NCBI GenBank assembly: GCA_046350735.1
Contig: JAXLZU010000001.1
Coordinates: 750,462-797,647, forward strand
DNA: 47,186 nucleotides
Origin: Candidatus Saccharimonadota bacterium
GTDB lineage: Bacteria; Patescibacteriota; Saccharimonadia; CAILAD01; BJGX01
Reading direction: 5' to 3'
The notes under the pieces are model-generated. The model ran no database searches. It worked only from the letters and a program-made list of their open reading frames with translations, and was not told where the DNA came from. The translations under genes and the position numbers were made by a program. Numbering within the stretch: position 1 is the first letter of the stretch; every line of letters begins with the position of its first letter. Shown one piece after another: positions 45,515 to 47,186 of this stretch.

Positions 45515-46618
45515 TTAGTCGTTAATACCGCCACAGTTGTTTTTGCCATCACCTACCGACGGACTAGATGTATGGTCGTCATATACAACTAAATTTTTGC
45601 AAATTGAGCCACCAGAATATAGTACACTATCTAGAAAGCTCAGATTACCAATTGGCTGTTCAGCTTGTACTCTTCGGTATAAATTACCCACTTTTGCTGT
45701 TACATCAATCACTGCCTTTGTGTTTTGTACATTGGCGGTTGGTGGGTTGCCAACATACTCTGAGGTAGTCTTATAAAAAAGTGCTTGATAAGTAGCCTGT
45801 GCATACCGTGCAGTTATACGCATAGCGATATTAAATACAGAAGGATTAATACCTAAATTATTAATGGTGTTTGGATTGTTAGTATCGAGAATTAAGTAAC
45901 AATTATACTCATCGACAAGAGAACTTGAACAGTTAGAGGTGACAATACTATTCCCATTTATTCTATGGCTGCTCAAATCTGATTGGTCTGAATTGCCAGG
46001 CATAACGTAGAAGGTTTTTATGCCAGGAGGGGCATTCACACCAGATTTTGGCCAATATACAAAACTCAACTCTAGGCCAGCTGCATTAGAATACCCACTA
46101 CTCGCAGGGTAAATAGTGCCGCTATACCCAGGATTGACAGAATCTACACCTTCTTTATTCCAAACTATGCCAATACGAGCAACACTGTCTAATGTAAGGA
46201 GAATTTGTGTATCTTCATCTTTTTTGAGTTGACCTGATATAGATGGTGCAGTTGAGACCAATGTGCGACACACAATTTCTGTTTGGTTACCTGTATCGGC
46301 CGAAACAACTGGACGTGTAAATTTTACTGCTTCTGCAGAGCTAACCGTACCTACTGAATTACGTGCCCCGCTACCATTACAATTTGGATAATTAATCTGT
46401 GGGTCATTTAGTGCCGCGAGGGCTGCATCTTGAGTAGCCGATTTTGCGGCAGCTAAGGCACGATTACTGAGATCGGTATTGAGAGCCTGTCTACTTTGCC
46501 TAATAGAAAGTGTCGTTATACCAACTACAATAGTAATAAGTATTAAAGATACAGCTACTACAATGAGTAGTGAGGTTGCACCCTTGGGATAATTCTTTTG
46601 TGATTGAAAGGTCTTCAT
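45515..46618 (-). CDS. PilX-like minor pilin
   Basis: Class III-like signal PKG|ATSLLIVVAV..., then QSRQA...RALAAA. Confidence 0.75.
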   Translation of the reverse strand: MKTFQSQKNYPKGATSLLIVVAVSLILITIVVGITTLSIRQSRQALNTDLSNRALAAAKSATQDAALAALNDPQINYPNCNGSGARNSVGTVSSAEAVKFTRPVVSADTGNQTEIVCRTLVSTAPSISGQLKKDEDTQILLTLDSVARIGIVWNKEGVDSVNPGYSGTIYPASSGYSNAAGLELSFVYWPKSGVNAPPGIKTFYVMPGNSDQSDLSSHRINGNSIVTSNCSSSLVDEYNCYLILDTNNPNTINNLGINPSVFNIAMRITARYAQATYQALFYKTTSEYVGNPPTANVQNTKAVIDVTAKVGNLYRRVQAEQPIGNLSFLDSVLYSGGSICKNLVVYDDHTSSPSVGDGKNNCGGIND

Positions 46619-46657
46619 ACTTATGCTTATTCTAAACGCTCCACATTATTACTGCAA

Positions 46658-47186
46658 TCATCTTGTACTTTCGTTAGCAGCTGTAATAAAAAATGCTTGA
46701 TTGCAAAAATTATCACTGGGTTTACACTTGCCTGTTGTATCCGGCAAGCCATTAGTAACTTCTAAGTTAATAGTTACGGTTTGACGCAAAGGCGGTGTAC
46801 AAATTGAGCTAAGACACCTGTTACCGGTTGCGCCCCTAACAACAGTGAAATCTAACAGATTTATCGTTAGACTTGGGTTAGATACGATTTCTTCTGACAC
46901 TAAATTGAGTGGGTTACAACTAGGTGAACCAAGTAGCTTCTTGTGTACCTGGTGATTTGAATCTAAAAAATAATATATTGATTTTGCCTCAATACTATTT
47001 GGGGTATTAATACATATTGAGCCTGCCCCAGCACTATCCACTACACCAGACTGTATATCTTTAGTTATATTAGTTAAGAGTTGTCTTGAGGATATTTGGT
47101 TTGCGTTAATTGTTTGCGACCACAAATAAAAACGAAATACACCCAAGAAGGTAACTAAAACCGTAGTAAGCATAAAAGATATCAGT
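46658..47186 (-). CDS. Type IV minor pilin (PilW/PulJ-like), 5' truncated
   Basis: Frame is open to the window edge; hydrophobic N-terminal helix, ITKDIQS, several Cys, TVTINLEV; upstream of the pilX-like gene. Confidence 0.65.
   Translation of the reverse strand, partial: LISFMLTTVLVTFLGVFRFYLWSQTINANQISSRQLLTNITKDIQSGVVDSAGAGSICINTPNSIEAKSIYYFLDSNHQVHKKLLGSPSCNPLNLVSEEIVSNPSLTINLLDFTVVRGATGNRCLSSICTPPLRQTVTINLEVTNGLPDTTGKCKPSDNFCNQAFFITAANESTR

Noticed and set aside
1336-45776. Numerous 60-125-aa antisense or alternate-frame ORFs nested in long genes
   Set aside because: They are shadow ORFs of well-supported genes, with no SD, promoter or recognisable motifs.
1-47186. Alternative genetic code (UGA=Gly, as in Gracilibacteria/Absconditabacteria)
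   Set aside because: Conserved genes are full length under code 11, and TGA serves as a coupled stop (e.g. ABC ATPase, dedA).

Overview
AT-rich, gene-dense bacterial chromosome segment read with the standard code (11). Gene content suggests Patescibacteria/CPR, possibly Saccharibacteria-like; this is an inference from DUF4012, DUF4446, a solo PaaX-like gene, an HTH-nucleotidyltransferase fusion, a short ThrRS, murT/gatD and type IV pilin-like genes. Housekeeping content: comM, infC-rpmI-rplT, rpmB, rplY, thrS, miaA, mnmG, ndk, rnhA, uppP, dinB, an nrdR-like gene, prsA, a Xer recombinase, envelope glycosyltransferases, rnpB and six tRNAs (Pro-GGG, Val-GAC, Thr-CGT, Gly-CCC, Asp-GTC, Arg-CCT). 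Accessory genes with their own promoters and terminators cluster beside the tRNAs. I found no CRISPR array, transposase, reverse transcriptase or phage structural gene. The most interesting unexplained elements are: (1) a GC-rich, multi-helix ~390-nt unit with its own promoter and terminator at 39.66-40.08 kb, carrying an Arg-rich small ORF; (2) a thrS leader with both a T-box-like UGGAACC bulge fold and a tRNA-Thr(CGU) anticodon-arm mimic; (3) an 11 x 63-bp LRR-like array with hypervariable face residues next to tRNA-Val; (4) a four-gene operon behind a leader ORF and terminator; (5) a dif-like site on the xer start codon. All RNA structures were paired by eye and none was computed.
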